Shown: piece by piece, positions 12,955 through 25,800 of the stretch
Layout of the letters: every line of letters starts with the position of its first letter
Position numbering within the stretch: the stretch's first letter is position 1
Source of the DNA: Nemertoderma westbladi
Taxonomy: Eukaryota; Animalia; Xenacoelomorpha
Length of the DNA: 64,000 nucleotides
NCBI GenBank assembly: GCA_032718475.1
Contig: JAUCBJ010003667.1
Span: 1-64,000, forward strand
Direction: 5' to 3'
Program-made: the position numbers and the translations under genes
The notes under the pieces: generated by a model
What the model saw: only the letters and a program-made list of their open reading frames with translations
What the model was told of the DNA's origin: nothing
Databases searched by the model: none

Positions 12955-13484
12955 AGTGAGAGTTTCCCTTGTCTCTAAGAGTATGTACCGGTACGTCGAA
13001 GTTGAATCTGGTGTCCATTGGGGTGGAGTCTGCAGTGAGAGTTTCCCTTGTCTTTAAGAGTATGTACGTCGAAGTTAAATCTGGTGTCCTTTGGGGTGGT
13101 GTCTACAGTGAGAGTTTCCCTTGTCTCGAAGAGTATGTACGTCGAAGTTAAATCTGGTGTCCATTGGGGTGGAGTCTACAGTGAGAGTTTCCCTTGTCTC
13201 TAAGAGTATGTACGTCGAAGTTAAATCTGGTGTCCGTTGGGGTGGAGTCTGCAGTGAGAGTTTCCCTTGTCTCGAAGAGTATGTACGTCGAAGTTAAATC
13301 TGGTGTCTGTTGGGGTGGAGTCTACAGTGAGAGTCTCCCTTGTCTCGAAGAGTATGTACGTCGAAGTTAAATCTGGTGTCAGTTGGGGTGGAGTCTACAG
13401 TGAGAGTTTCCCTTGTCTCTAAGAGTATGTACGTCGAAGTTAAATCTGGTGTCCGTTGGGGTGGAGTCTACAGTGAGAGTTTCC
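12955..13484 (+). repeat. 73-bp tandem repeat array, left part (~7 units)
   Basis: Unit CAGTGAGAGTTTCCCTTGTCTCTAAGAGTATGTACGTCGAAGTTAAATCTGGTGTCCGTTGGGGTGGAGTCTA, with no spacers. Confidence 0.95.
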
Positions 13485-13763
13485 TATAAGAACTGAATAG
13501 CGTTTTTCTGTAAGCTCTATTATTCTCTCTTTCTACCTTCAACATACAGATACAATCATCATTCAAACTTTCCTCCACCATATATCTAGTATATTAGTAT
13601 ATCCCCCCCAGTTCTATAGAACTCAATAACCATAATCTTATTTACATATATTGCAATCTATCAGGCGGCCTAGACTGTCGGCCTCCCCTCGTAATATAGT
13701 ATTGGTTCCCTGAGTTAGGTTGACTGTCACCGTAGTCTATTGTTTCGTCATTTTCACTGTTTA

Positions 13764-16640
13764 CTATTTGTCATTATCTTCAACATTATCGTCATTCTCC
13801 TCTGATTCACTATCACTTTCACTAATATTTTGATCATCAGAGCTAGCTCGTTCCTCAATATCATGACCTATAGTTGCTGGAGTTTTATATTTTGCTGGTC
13901 TGATATGTTGCAAATGTCTTCGAAATCCATTCACTACGATTGAACGTTGATCTATAACCTCTTCAACTCTGAAAGGTCCATTCCATTCCTGGGTACAACG
14001 AATGTGCTGTTGCGGTTTTACATATACCATGTCTCCCACACAATATTGTGGATTCACTGGAGGACCATGATCTACTCTTTCGTATTTACTTACTCCTGGC
14101 AGTTCGATTACTCGTTCTACCATTAGTTTCTCTAGCGGCGATTGGTTCCCTCGTATTTTTGTTCTGTTGTGCCAGAACGTTACTTTTACTGGATCTTTGC
14201 CTGAACGGGCTGACATGTCTTGATAGTGCGAAGAACCCTCTCGACGGGATTCCCTTGAGGTCTATGAGTACAAGCTGCTATATGACTAACTTCCCAACTA
14301 TCTAGAAACTCATTAAACTTCTCGCTCCTGAAAGCCGGAACATTATCAGTTATCACTTCCTCAGATGGGCCCCACTCTATAAATATCTGTTGCAGTTCTC
14401 TAATGACTACTTCACTGGTTTCTCTGTAAATCTGTCGCCATATTGTAAATGATGATGCACAGTCCTCAATGGTAAAATATGTTTTTCCCTCATTTTTAGT
14501 AATGTCCAATGACAGTCGTTGCCAAGCTTTATTGACTTTACAGCTACCCCCTCTACCTTAATAGGCATTGGATCAATTCTATTACATTTATCACACGTTT
14601 TGCATATATCAATTATTACTGCTTTGTTAAATGATTTCCCTTGTAACTCTCTGTCCCTTTGACACAAACTTTCAGTTCTTTCTGCTCCAGTATGCGCTAT
14701 TTCATGTAGTTTCTGTATTCTTCGGCCAACAGCATCTTTTCCACACCTATTTTCATCTTCTGGTGTACAGCCAGTTTTTCCAATAGCCACTATCTCTACT
14801 TTTGGTTTCATTATCCATGGCTTTGGCACTCTGGTTAAGCAGTCCGCTAAATTTTTACTTGATGGTATCAGTTTTATAGAAACGTTCAACTTATATTCAT
14901 TTATAATTTTCTTAATTATATCTAGGCGTCTTAGAATCAACATCCTGGATAGACCATGTGTTCTGATTCGATGTTCATCGTTTATTGTGGCATTGACCCA
15001 ACCATATACAGTTGATGAATCTGTCCATATAGTTATATTTTTTAATTCCCACGCCATGGCCATGTTTAATCCTTCAACTACAGACGTGAGTTCAGCTGCA
15101 TTTATATGCTCATTATCCATGTTCTTCCTCAGCCAGGTTCCGTCTTCTGCTACAATCCCATTAATACGAATCAATGCTCCCAATGCGATGTTGCTGGCAT
15201 CACACCATACTTCGCCAACATCTATATTTGATATCGGCCAATGTCCATGAGCTGGGTCATGTTTGTTCACTCTCACAACTGTTTCCAGCAATTTCTCTCT
15301 TACATCATCATCTACTGCACTGTCCATTAATGTTTTGGACGCCTGTCTTTGTAGCCAGGAACATGCTACTCTCAGCCATCCCCCAATCAAGTAATTTCCA
15401 CGTAATTTGCCTATGATTGCCAACAATCTACGATGACTTATTGATTTCTCAATTTCCTCTGGTTGAGGCAATTCTGAATCTCGATCGCCATTTGCCATCT
15501 TTTACAGAAATACCGAGTACCCTTGCTCCATTCTTTATTTCAACTGGATCCTTACTTCCGAGTCCATACCTTTTCAAATGATTTACAACTTCTATCGCTT
15601 CTACCTTACTCACATCTACATAAATGTCATCACGAAAATTATCTGCTGCATCTTTTATCTTCTTGTCCTGTTCTAGAACTTTCTCTACTATTGAATCTAG
15701 TATCTTCGGGGCTGGGGCTAAACCATAACCTAATCTCGTCATTTCATAGAGTTTGCCTTTAAATTTTACAACTTGGTATGGGTGTAATTTCTGATTGACA
15801 TGAACCTGCATGTATGCATTTTTTAGGTCTATAACGGCCGTTTGATTTCCCTTTCTCATCCATTTTCTCAGTTTCTCATTGCTCACTGCAGCGTCGGTAC
15901 CAGGTTGGTTTTTTAAATGTTTATTCAGTTCCCTGAAGTCCATAATGGGTCTTACTCTGTCTTTACGGGGTTCGTTTTTGTGCATAAGTGGTATCAGCGC
16001 CTTGGGAATGTAATTAATCTCCTTTAACCAGCCGTTATTTATCCACCCTTCAACTGCTTGTTCATATTTATCTTGTAATTTCTCAGGAATTTTATACTCT
16101 GCCACGGTATTATTTAATCTGTCCGGGGGAATGTCGTCTTTAAATTTATATTCTATCTCCCAATTGTTCCCATTAAATTCTGCGTTGAAATCGTTTTTCT
16201 CAATAATTAACAGAGACTGTGGTTTCTGTTCTACTGTTCCGATCGCTGAAATTGGATATGCAGCACAACCGAATGTAATTGTCACTTGCTCATTATTTGA
16301 ACAATTAATTGAAACTCCTCCGTGTGCTTTGATAAAATCCCACCCGATTACAACATCCAAATTACCAACAATATAATCAACAATGAGAAATGACCATTCA
16401 ATTTCATTTAATCCATCAATTTTCACAGCAGTAATCATTTCACATTTTAATTTCTGGGTAACAGTTCCATCTAACATAGCTATCCTATTATTTGAGTCAC
16501 ATTCTCTAATATATCCAATAAGTCCAGAACTAAACTTTCGAGTCATTACTCCTCGGCTACATCCCGTATCTACCAACGCGGTGGCCTTCTTGCCTCCACA
16601 TATTGATTGTATGACTGGGGCCGGCGCCTTCCCTGTATCT
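13764..16640 (-). pseudogene. Gypsy pol (protease, RT, RNase H, integrase) with about three frameshifts
   Basis: Protease VDTGCS; RT RVRPIMDFRELN, IDLKNAYMQV, FRDDI; RNase H WCDAS, HINAAEL, WTDS, NLADCLTR; integrase HEIAH/CKTC, ITDN, GNPVER, WNGPF. Confidence 0.92.
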
Positions 16641-17580
16641 CCGGGGAAACGACCACTGGCGCATGTTCCGCCATCTCCCCTCGCACGTTTCCCTCCATAT
16701 TACTACCATATTCCCGAACTCCTGTCGCCGTCGAACAATTTCCCGTAACTTCAGTACACTCCCTTACAATGTGGCCCTGTTTTCCACATCGATAGCAGCT
16801 CACCTGATATCTACTAAACGCTTGCTGAGCGCCACCGCCACCATTTCTGTAGTAACACTCCCTGGCAAAATGGCCGCTCCTCCCGCAATGAAAGCAATTA
16901 TTGGATCCCCTACCGGTATCTCCACCATATCCACCTCGTCCACCTCCATATGGTCGTCCACCTCGTTGACTCCGCCCCCATTGGCCACGACCTGGGTATC
17001 CATTGTTGTAGTCTATCTCTGCGCTATAACCATGCCCTGCTGCACCGACTATATCAGCTGTACTGTGTTCTTTTTCGGACAACAACCGACGTGCTTGTAC
17101 GAGTAGTTTTTCGAGGTCCATTTCTCCGGCCAGAGCTTTAACTTCCGTTGAAATATCATCCGGTATACCGCTTACCATCTGAGCTGAAACCATCTTTCTA
17201 GACACTGCATTCTCAACTAAGTTCCCTGTCACCAATCCGATTAATCTTTTCAAGTCCGCTACGAATGCATCTACCGATTCTCCCGGTTTCAATTCTCTAT
17301 TCTTAAACTGCTCATAAGCAGTATACTCATTCACAGCAAAAGCCGCTATCAATGCATTTTGTATTCTGTCACATCTAAACTTATCCGCCTCAGATAACTG
17401 ACTAACGACGGCATACGCAGCACCATCCAAGGATAACCTGAGATACGTTGCCCTTGATTCCTCCTTGACAACGCCTTCTGTTTTCAGCACATCGAACGTG
17501 TCATTATATATCATTAACCATGTCAGTGGGTCCCCACTACCGTTATACTTTTTTACATAGTCGCTCAACTTCGGAGCCAT
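16570..17580 (-). CDS. Gypsy gag with two CCHC zinc knuckles
   Basis: RELKPGESVDAFVADLKRL capsid motif, RGG-rich segment, CFHCGRSGHFAREC and CYRCGKQGHIVREC. Confidence 0.92.
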   Translation of the reverse strand: MAPKLSDYVKKYNGSGDPLTWLMIYNDTFDVLKTEGVVKEESRATYLRLSLDGAAYAVVSQLSEADKFRCDRIQNALIAAFAVNEYTAYEQFKNRELKPGESVDAFVADLKRLIGLVTGNLVENAVSRKMVSAQMVSGIPDDISTEVKALAGEMDLEKLLVQARRLLSEKEHSTADIVGAAGHGYSAEIDYNNGYPGRGQWGRSQRGGRPYGGGRGGYGGDTGRGSNNCFHCGRSGHFARECYYRNGGGGAQQAFSRYQVSCYRCGKQGHIVRECTEVTGNCSTATGVREYGSNMEGNVRGEMAEHAPVVVSPEIQGRRRPQSYNQYVEARRPPRW

Positions 17581-17756
17581 ATTACACCATTGATATTTAT
17601 AAAATTAACAGTCAATAATACCAACTACAGAACTATTATCAACAACACATCAATACTGCACTACAGCTGTACAGGCCCGGTTAGCTTATAAGAACTGAAT
17701 AGCGTTTTTCTGTAAGCTCTATTACTCTCTCTTTCTACCTTCTACATACAGATACA

Positions 17757-20700
17757 CGTTCGTGGGGCCTTCGCGCAGCACGAGGCCCAGTTATGAGATA
17801 CAAATTAAAATTGTGCGACTGTATCACAAAATCAGGTTATGAGAGATTAACCCACACCACCAATTAATCAAAGAAAGGGGGACAGCACGTGTTCACCCCC
17901 TTTAATCTGCACCCCCCCCCCCCCCCCTCCCCCACCCACCAATACATAACCGCGACATCTACCACCCACGGAAGGGTAGCACGAACTTATTTCCAAACGC
18001 ACGTTCAATATGCAAAGCCAGGTGGTTTATAGGAATATAATCAATGCAGTACTCGTCTTCATTATAAGCCTTTTTGCGTTCGACCTGTTTTGTATTAAAA
18101 TATATTTATTAAACGCAGGCTGACGCTCTTTATAATAATAATACCTAGGGATGCCAGCTTCCAGACTTTCAATCTTTACTGCCGCGCAAACCCCGCAGAG
18201 GAAGTTTTGGTTTGAGAGATCAAGCCCATCGGCAATTGGTGTTTCAATTTCGGTCCAGGAACTCTGACAATGGGAGCATTCAATCTTAGCTGTGGTCCAT
18301 TCCCGTGGTTTCGGCTTACTTTTCTTCGTCCCAATGACAGATTCTTCTGAAGACGTTCGATTCGCTTTCAGTTTATTGTTGGCGTTTGTGTTTTGAAGTT
18401 GTATTCGAGTGGACAGTCGCGCCGGTTTCGAGGTAACCATACCGACCTGTGATAAGCGTTGGTTATGTTGAGTGCCGGTATTCTTCTTCTCTCACCTCTT
18501 CAATGTCAGATGTTGCAAATACTGATAACACGAATAACGGTATATATTTCAATACTTGTCAATAGTAATATATATAATTTAGATAACTATTTTATATCTG
18601 TACTGTTGAGCAAACTCTACATAAATTTCAACCTGTGTATCGCCGGTAGTGCTGTTGCTGTGCAAGTGCTGAAGTGCTAGTTGCCACCGGTCACGCGGTC
18701 AGCCGGTAGTAGGGTGGTACCATGGCCTACTACACACAGGCCATGACAAGGACTTTGCTGTGAAATTAGCGTAGGCTGACTGATGAATTATCAAATATTA
18801 TATTTTCCATGAATGCAGGGTCCATATTTAAAAGAAGATGACTAGATTTTCGTAAATAATTTAATTGAAACAGTATTTAATAATTAATAAATTAATTATC
18901 GCTCGAGTTCCTGCAGCTTTTATTCGTTTGTGGCTGCCTCTGGCTATGTTTGTGGCAGGAATGTTTGAACGCTAATAAGTCGGTCAATCATGGATGAAAT
19001 GGAACCAAACTTGGTACACATGTAGTCTATAAAAAATTTATAAATTCTACACACAGACAGACTTCTACAGTTCCCCGGTCTGCTGCTAGGGGGCGAATTA
19101 ACAGAAACGTAAAAATAGCTGTAATTATAGAACCAACGATCAGATTCATCTGAAATTTAGTAGTAGTTACCAAAGAGCATTGCTTAATTAGAAATTCTAC
19201 AGAGACTTTTACAGTTCCTGTCTGCCGCTAGTGGGGAATTGTTAGAGCTCCAGTTCAACGTGCTTAGCACGGTTTAATAAACAATCAATTAATTATTTTA
19301 TTCAATACAGTAATTATAACAGTAAAATGCAATGTATTCTATTTTTTAGTGAAATCAAGAGATAGGAGGGGGTGGGACTGGACGCAAATCCCATCTTGGC
19401 GAATTAATATCCGCCTCAATATTAATTTCTCAATTTTGGGAAAGGAGCAGGTTACAGTGGCACGTTATTTTAACCAAAACAATAAAGTAAACACAATAGA
19501 ACAGGTTACAGTTTTATTTTTGAGAGAAATCAGCTGTTGTTATTTGCGTCCAATTTCCCCTGGAGAGGGATGAATTTTTATTGCGTCCAGCCCCCCCCCC
19601 CCCCCCCCCCTATCTTGAAATCAAATACCAAAAATATATTTATTATATGAACAATCTATTTGGAAATTGTAAGTTCGGCCTATCTCTTTACCATAAGCTC
19701 AGTATCTTTATCTGGTGTGTTTTTATTATTTTACCAATTATTTAATATGTTTGATAGAATTGAACAACACCGTCCAACACAACCAACTCTCTATCCGCCT
19801 CGAGCATCGAGAATACGAGAAACTCGATCGAAATACCTGCTTATCCCAGTAGTATCCGTCCGTAGTCACCGGACCGCTGCGGTTTACTCCCGTAGAACAG
19901 TAGAATTCCCGCAGCTTCCGACCCAATTCGACAACGAATTCGCTTCACACTTTCGCGTCACAGAGAACGTAATCCAGTGCGATAACGTCTGTCCAACGTT
20001 CAACCATTTCCCCCAGCGATCCCAGGATCCGGGCCGCCGCTAAACCCAGATCGCAATCCTCGTCGATTCGTCCAGTCGTCGACGTAAGTCAGTAAGTGGG
20101 ACTCTTCCCACCGCACTCCAAGGTGGGTGACCGGAGTGAGGCATGAGGAACTTGGCAGTGGCCCGCATTACGATCTGACCAACCGCCGTATTCCCAGTGT
20201 CTGAGTGTAGTAAATACCCAAATAGAATCGTACTGACAAACAAGAAATTCCGTAGTATTCCCCCGTTAATCACCTCTTGAAGCAACTCGGCTGCTCGGGT
20301 CCAGATACATCGCAGCATCGGACTGTCGGGAGCGTTTCAGACAGTAATGGAGCGGCATTTGCGAATATTTCCAATGGTTTTATAATAAATAAGGGGATTC
20401 AACAGTTCAATGCTAAAACAAATGGATTATTCCTAACCCCACCCCAATACAGCAATATACCTAACAGTATATAGCTTAGGTACCACAGTCTGACAGTACC
20501 ATAATCAGCACAGTCAGCCTACGCTAACTGGCTAATTTCACAGCAAACTACAACGGCAGTACAGCAATACGGTGTACCTTGCCAATGACTGAATGATTAG
20601 CGGTAACTATCTAAACTATTAGGCCTATATTACAGTATTATTATCACCGGTGCCGGTACTGGGCTAATTACTGAATTAGGCCTAAACTATAATCACTGCA

Positions 20701-21153
20701 AGGATTGCATGATATGGCATGTCTGTAGTGTATGGTACCGGTTGACCAGTATTGCAGTATTGACTAATTGCAGGATTCTCGATTCAGGGATTGAGTACAG
20801 CCTGACAGTACCGGTACACATGGTACATGCAGAATTGCAAAATTTGTTAGAAACACAGCTGATTTATCCTACAGTAATAATAATTTAACGCATTTTAAAT
20901 TTGGATAAATAAATTTATTATAACTGCAATAACAGTTACACTGATGCTGCACGAAGGCCCCACGCAAATTCTACTTGGAAAATTTTCAAACTTTTGCCAA
21001 ACAACATGTGTACCAAGTTTGGATAGATTTCATCAAGGATTGGCCGAGTTATTAACGTTTAAAATAAAATACTGAAAAAAAACGCGACAGAACGACAGGT
21101 TGATTAATGGTACCACTACGCTAAGGCTCACTCACTTCGTGGCTTGCCCCACA
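17757..21153 (+). mobile_element. Non-autonomous HINE/Helitron-like element, copy A, inserted in the Gypsy 5' LTR
   Basis: Splits the LTR at GATACA|ATCATC with no clear TSD. Termini CGTTCGTGGGGCCTTCGCGCAGCACG and GCTAAGGCT...CGTGGCTTGCCCCACA recur at 45101-47382 and 60805-63139. Confidence 0.75.
18140..18440 (-). pseudogene. Possible LINE ORF1 N-terminal fragment (PHD-like CxxC...CxxC) carried inside copy A
   Basis: Basic N-terminus followed by IECSHCQSSW...FLCGVC. Confidence 0.4.
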
Positions 21154-21200
21154 ATCATCGTTCAAACTTCCCTCCACCATATATCTAGTATATTAGTATA

Positions 21201-21716
21201 TTTCCCTTGTCTCTAAGAGTATGTACGTCGAAGTTAAATCTGGTGTCCGTTGGGGTGGAGTCTACAGTGAGAGTTTCCCTTGTCTCTAAGAGTATGTACC
21301 TCGAAGTTAAATCTGGTATCCGTTGGGGTGGAGTCTACAGTGAGAGTTTCCCTTGTCCCGAAGAGTATGTACGTCGAAGTTAAATCTGGTGTCCATTGGG
21401 GTGGAGTCTACAGTGAGAGTTTCCCTTGTCTCTAAGAGTATGTACGTCGAAGTTAAATCTTGTGTCCGTTGGGGTTGAGTCAACAGTGAGAGTTTCGCTT
21501 GTCTTGAAGAGTATGTACGTCGAAGTTAAATCTGGTGTCCGTTGGGGTGGAGTCTACAGTGAGAGTTTCCCTTGTCTCTAAGAGTATGTACGTCGAAGTT
21601 AAATCTGGTGTCCGTTGGGGTGGAGTCTACAGTGAGAGTTTCCCTTGTCTCTAAGAGTATGTACGTCGAAGTTAAATCTGGTCTCCGTGGGGGTGGCGTC
21701 TACAGTGAGAGTTTCC
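21201..21716 (+). repeat. 73-bp tandem repeat array, right part (~7 units)
   Basis: Same unit as 12955-13484, resuming in register after the Gypsy TSD. Confidence 0.95.
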
Positions 21717-22370
21717 ATTATTGTCTCGTTGGTGTTAGACAAGGCGAGTCATTGTCCCATTGCTTTTCTCTTTTTTATTTATTATTGACTTTGGGCTGGA
21801 GTTGATCCGCGGAGGTGCACCTGGGATTGATCTTGGGACCTTTAAATTATTTATTCTTCTATACACGGACAAATAGTGTTGCTAAGCAACACAGATGTTG
21901 GCCTCCAAAATGCTCTGGACATTCTGGGTATTTATAGTTAATTCTTGAGAACTAAAGTTAAGTAAATCCAAGGTTATGGTCTTTACTCTTTCGTAAAGGC
22001 GTGCCTCTCCGTCGTAACGAACAGTGGTTCTTTAAGTGTAGCCTCCTGGAAGTAGTTTCATCCCACTTCACTCTTGCCCAGCAATCTCTTTCAGGCAAAG
22101 CCATTAAAGCTTTTTTCACTCACCTTAATATATCTCAGCCAGCAACCCGATTTATCATTTAAACTTACAGTAAGCTACATATGTTAAATTCTCTTATCCG
22201 TCCTATATTAATATACTCCTTTGGTTTTCATAATTCTTCTGCTATTAATCAGATCGTTTTAAAATTTCTTAAATTTATACTCGGCCTCAACACTACGACA
22301 CCCGATTTTATGGTGAAACTGGTTATTTTCGGCTTTCAATTTCCAGAAAACTATTTAGAGAAAACACATT
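21650..22370 (+). mobile_element. Decayed non-LTR retrotransposon RT fragment
   Basis: KSMY...SESF..LVGVRQGESLS, LFILLYTD (degenerate YADD) and NSLIRPILIY. Confidence 0.8.
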
Positions 22371-22809
22371 AGAAGTGGTATCGGGTAACTTTTCATATTT
22401 CTTTTATATTCCCTGTATTGCATTGCAATGTACATTATTTTATACTCTACACTACGTGCATATCTTTACCGTACTGCTGACACTGGTTTACTGGTCTCTG
22501 TCTCTCTTTCATATATTTACTTTTTTGGGACATATAACAATAATGGCTCTAATTGAGCATGTTGTAGTATTAAACTGAAAGAAAAAACTATCTTAGAATA
22601 TTGTAAAAAAAATCCGAATTATATTGATTTACATCTCATAATATTGGTTGTGTTTTTTTGTATTTGATTTTGAAAAATATCTAAAGAAATTTTAATATTC
22701 AAAATCTGCAGATGAAGATTAATTGTCAAAACAAGAATGAGGGTTTGGCACTATTTTACTTTTTCCTATTTGTGCTCTGTGTAGCAAACTTATCTAATTT
22801 TATTTCAGG

Positions 22810-25800
22810 AATTGACCAAAGTGAAGCCGAATCTTCTTTGGAGTTTGTTCTATACGATTTCACGAGAATACTTAGTAAGAGCGGTGGTTATGGCTCTTAC
22901 AATGGTAATCGCTGAAGTCTCTGCTTGCCTGCTATTGGGGAAATTGTTGGAGAGATTTCAGCCAGACAGTGATATGAGTTTGGGAAAAGCATTGTTGTAT
23001 ACCTTTCTACTTATGGTATGTTATGCAATCCGTTCAAGTGTGGGTCAAAATCTCATGTACCAAGCTATCCTTATAGAATTTAAAATAAGGATTGCATGCC
23101 AATGTTTGATATATGATAAGCTACTAGCCATGAATTTGACAACATTGAGTAGGATAACTATTGGTCGTGTTAATAATTTGATTTCGACTGATTGTGAGAC
23201 CATTTCTACAACCTTACAAAGAGGTGCGGCCCTAGTTATTAGTCCAATTTCTTTAACTATTATTATTGCTGTTATATACAACTACATTGGTGTTTCATGC
23301 TTCTTTGGAGTTTTGGCCATGGTCCTCGTTGTACCACTACAAGTTCTCATTGGCAAGTTTACTGCCAAATTAAGAGCAAAGGTATCGGAATCAACTGACT
23401 ACAGAATTAAGTTAACTAATGAAGTTATCATGGGAATGCGCATAATAAAGATGTATGCTTTAGAAAAAGCGTATTCTAGAATCATATCAGCTTCAAGGAA
23501 CAATGAAGTAAATAGACTGAAGAAATTATTGTATTGTCAAGGTATTCAAACTAAATTATTCGAAAGATTTATTTTAGTAATTGCATTTATATGTTTTGTT
23601 TCATACTCGAATTACTTTGGGTATGTTTTACAAGCGTCTGTCGTTTTCCCAGTCCTAGCAATGTTGTTTATGCTGAAAAACTTTATTTACTCGTGGGCTG
23701 TGATTGGTATCATACGTTGCATTACTTTTGCCGTAGCTGTAAAACGCATTGAGCATTTTCTTCTGACAGAAGTGCATTCACAAAACCTGGAATCAATAAA
23801 GGGCGGCGGTGAGGATACTTCATGTTTATTGGATAAAGCAGATTTGGAATCACATGTAGCGGCAGAGTCAGGCCTACAACAGGTACAGGTAGTGGAGAAA
23901 GAAGATCAATTTGTACTAAATATTAATAATGTTTATGTAAAAAGTAGTTTGTCAGAAGATGAAGGATCAGCAACCATCCTTGCAGATTTTAGTCTTAGTG
24001 TAGAGCAGCCAGGTGAATTAATTTGTGTAGTCGGAGAATTTGGTTCTGGTAAGTCATCTGTACTAAATGTGATACTTGGTGAATTACCTTTATACTCTGG
24101 AATTGTTAAGTATAATGGGAAACTGAGCTATACACCCCAACAAGGTTGGGTGTTCACTGGCACGATCAGAGAAAATATTCTATTTGGATCAGAGTATAGT
24201 GTGAAACGCTTTAAAAAAGTCATCGATGTGTGTGCTCTTGAAGATGACTTAAAGGCTTTTCCTAATGGAGATGAATCTCTAGTTGGTGAAAGGGGTCTTG
24301 CATTATCAGGGGGACAAAAAGCTAGAATTTCCCTGGCCAGGGCAGTATATGTTGAAGCCGATATATATCTGCTGGACGATCCATTAGTCAGCTGTCGATG
24401 TACATGTAGCTACTCATTTGTTTGAACATTGCATCCAAAAATTTCTAAGTGATAAAACTGTTATCCTAGTGACACATCAAGTACAATTTACGAAGCATGC
24501 ATCTCGTGTTATTGTCCTTAGCAAAGGGAAAACGATAGCTAGTGGAAAATATGATGATGTGGTTTCCCAGCTTGAATCCAATGGCATCAACTTTCTATTA
24601 ATTGATCCAAATTCTCAAACACAGAATGACACGGGTACTGTGGATACTGTTGTATCAGTAACAAATAATGAGATACATAAAGATGAAATACCTGAGACTC
24701 AAACTAAAGTTCAAAAATCCCCAACTTTTTATGGATATTACTTATATTACCTGAGAGCAACTAATATAAAGATATTGATATCTGCATTACTCATGACTTT
24801 TATTGGTGAGATCATGGCAATTTTTTGTGACCTGTGGTTGGCGCAATGGTCTATCTATAGTCTGAACAATAGAGGGATGGAAAATATAAGTTATTACAAT
24901 TTTTCACAGATTACATTTAATAATACAGAAGTTCAATCAGAAGAAAACTCCAGAATGTTTGAAATAATCATTTCCAAATTTTTAGATTTGGAAGTCAACA
25001 ACCACACAATTATTGGTGTGTATGGCTGTCTAATAATACTAACACTATTACTTAGTGCATTAGGTGCTTGTATTTTGTTGAAAAGTATTCTTCATGCTGG
25101 TTATCGTCTGCACAATGATATGTTTAATCGAGTCCTCAAAGCCAAATGTTATTTTTTTGATACAAACAGTGTTGGTGATATTTTAAATAAATTCTCCAAG
25201 GATATTTGTATTATAGACAGCATGCTGTTAGACAGATTGAATGATATGGTGAATCATAGTGTCAGAATTATTTGTATGGTCGCCTTTGTTATGGTAATGA
25301 ATTTCTGGATGGTAATTGCCGTTGTTCCATTATTTATAATAATGCTAATTGTTAGAGTGTATTACATACGGACATCGAAACAAGTAAAAAAACTAGAAGG
25401 TTCTTTTAGAACTCCAATTTATCATCACATATCTGTATCTTTGGAAGGGTTGGCAGTTATCCGGGCATTTGGTGCGAATTCTCGATTTCAAGAGGAATTT
25501 TTTAGAAACGTTGACTCACATCTGCGAGTGGTGATTGTTTACAATGGATTAACTTCATGGTTTGGTTTTTTCAATAGTTTTCTATGTGTTTTCTTCACTA
25601 CACTTTTAGCATTGTCTGCTGTACTAGCATCTAATATTGATGCAGGAGCTTTAGGTTTATCATTGACTTATGCAGCTACACTTTCATTCGCATTTCAATA
25701 TATGCTAAAACTCTCAACAGAAATTGAAGAGTTAATGACCTCTGTAGGGAGAGTTTATAGTTATACAAAATTGGATCAAGAACGAAATACATTCAGCCAT

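Larger units (their letters stand above)
13485..21200 (-). mobile_element. Ty3/Gypsy LTR retrotransposon with 117-bp LTRs; 5' LTR split by a 3.4-kb insertion
   Basis: LTRs at 13485-13601 and 17687-17756 + 21154-21200. 5-bp TSD TTTCC (13480-13484, 21201-21205). G-rich PPT at 13602-13610. Domain order gag-PR-RT-RH-INT. Confidence 0.95.

Noticed and set aside
12955-21716. CRISPR array
   Set aside because: The 73-bp units are contiguous with no unique spacers, there are no cas genes, and the context is eukaryotic.
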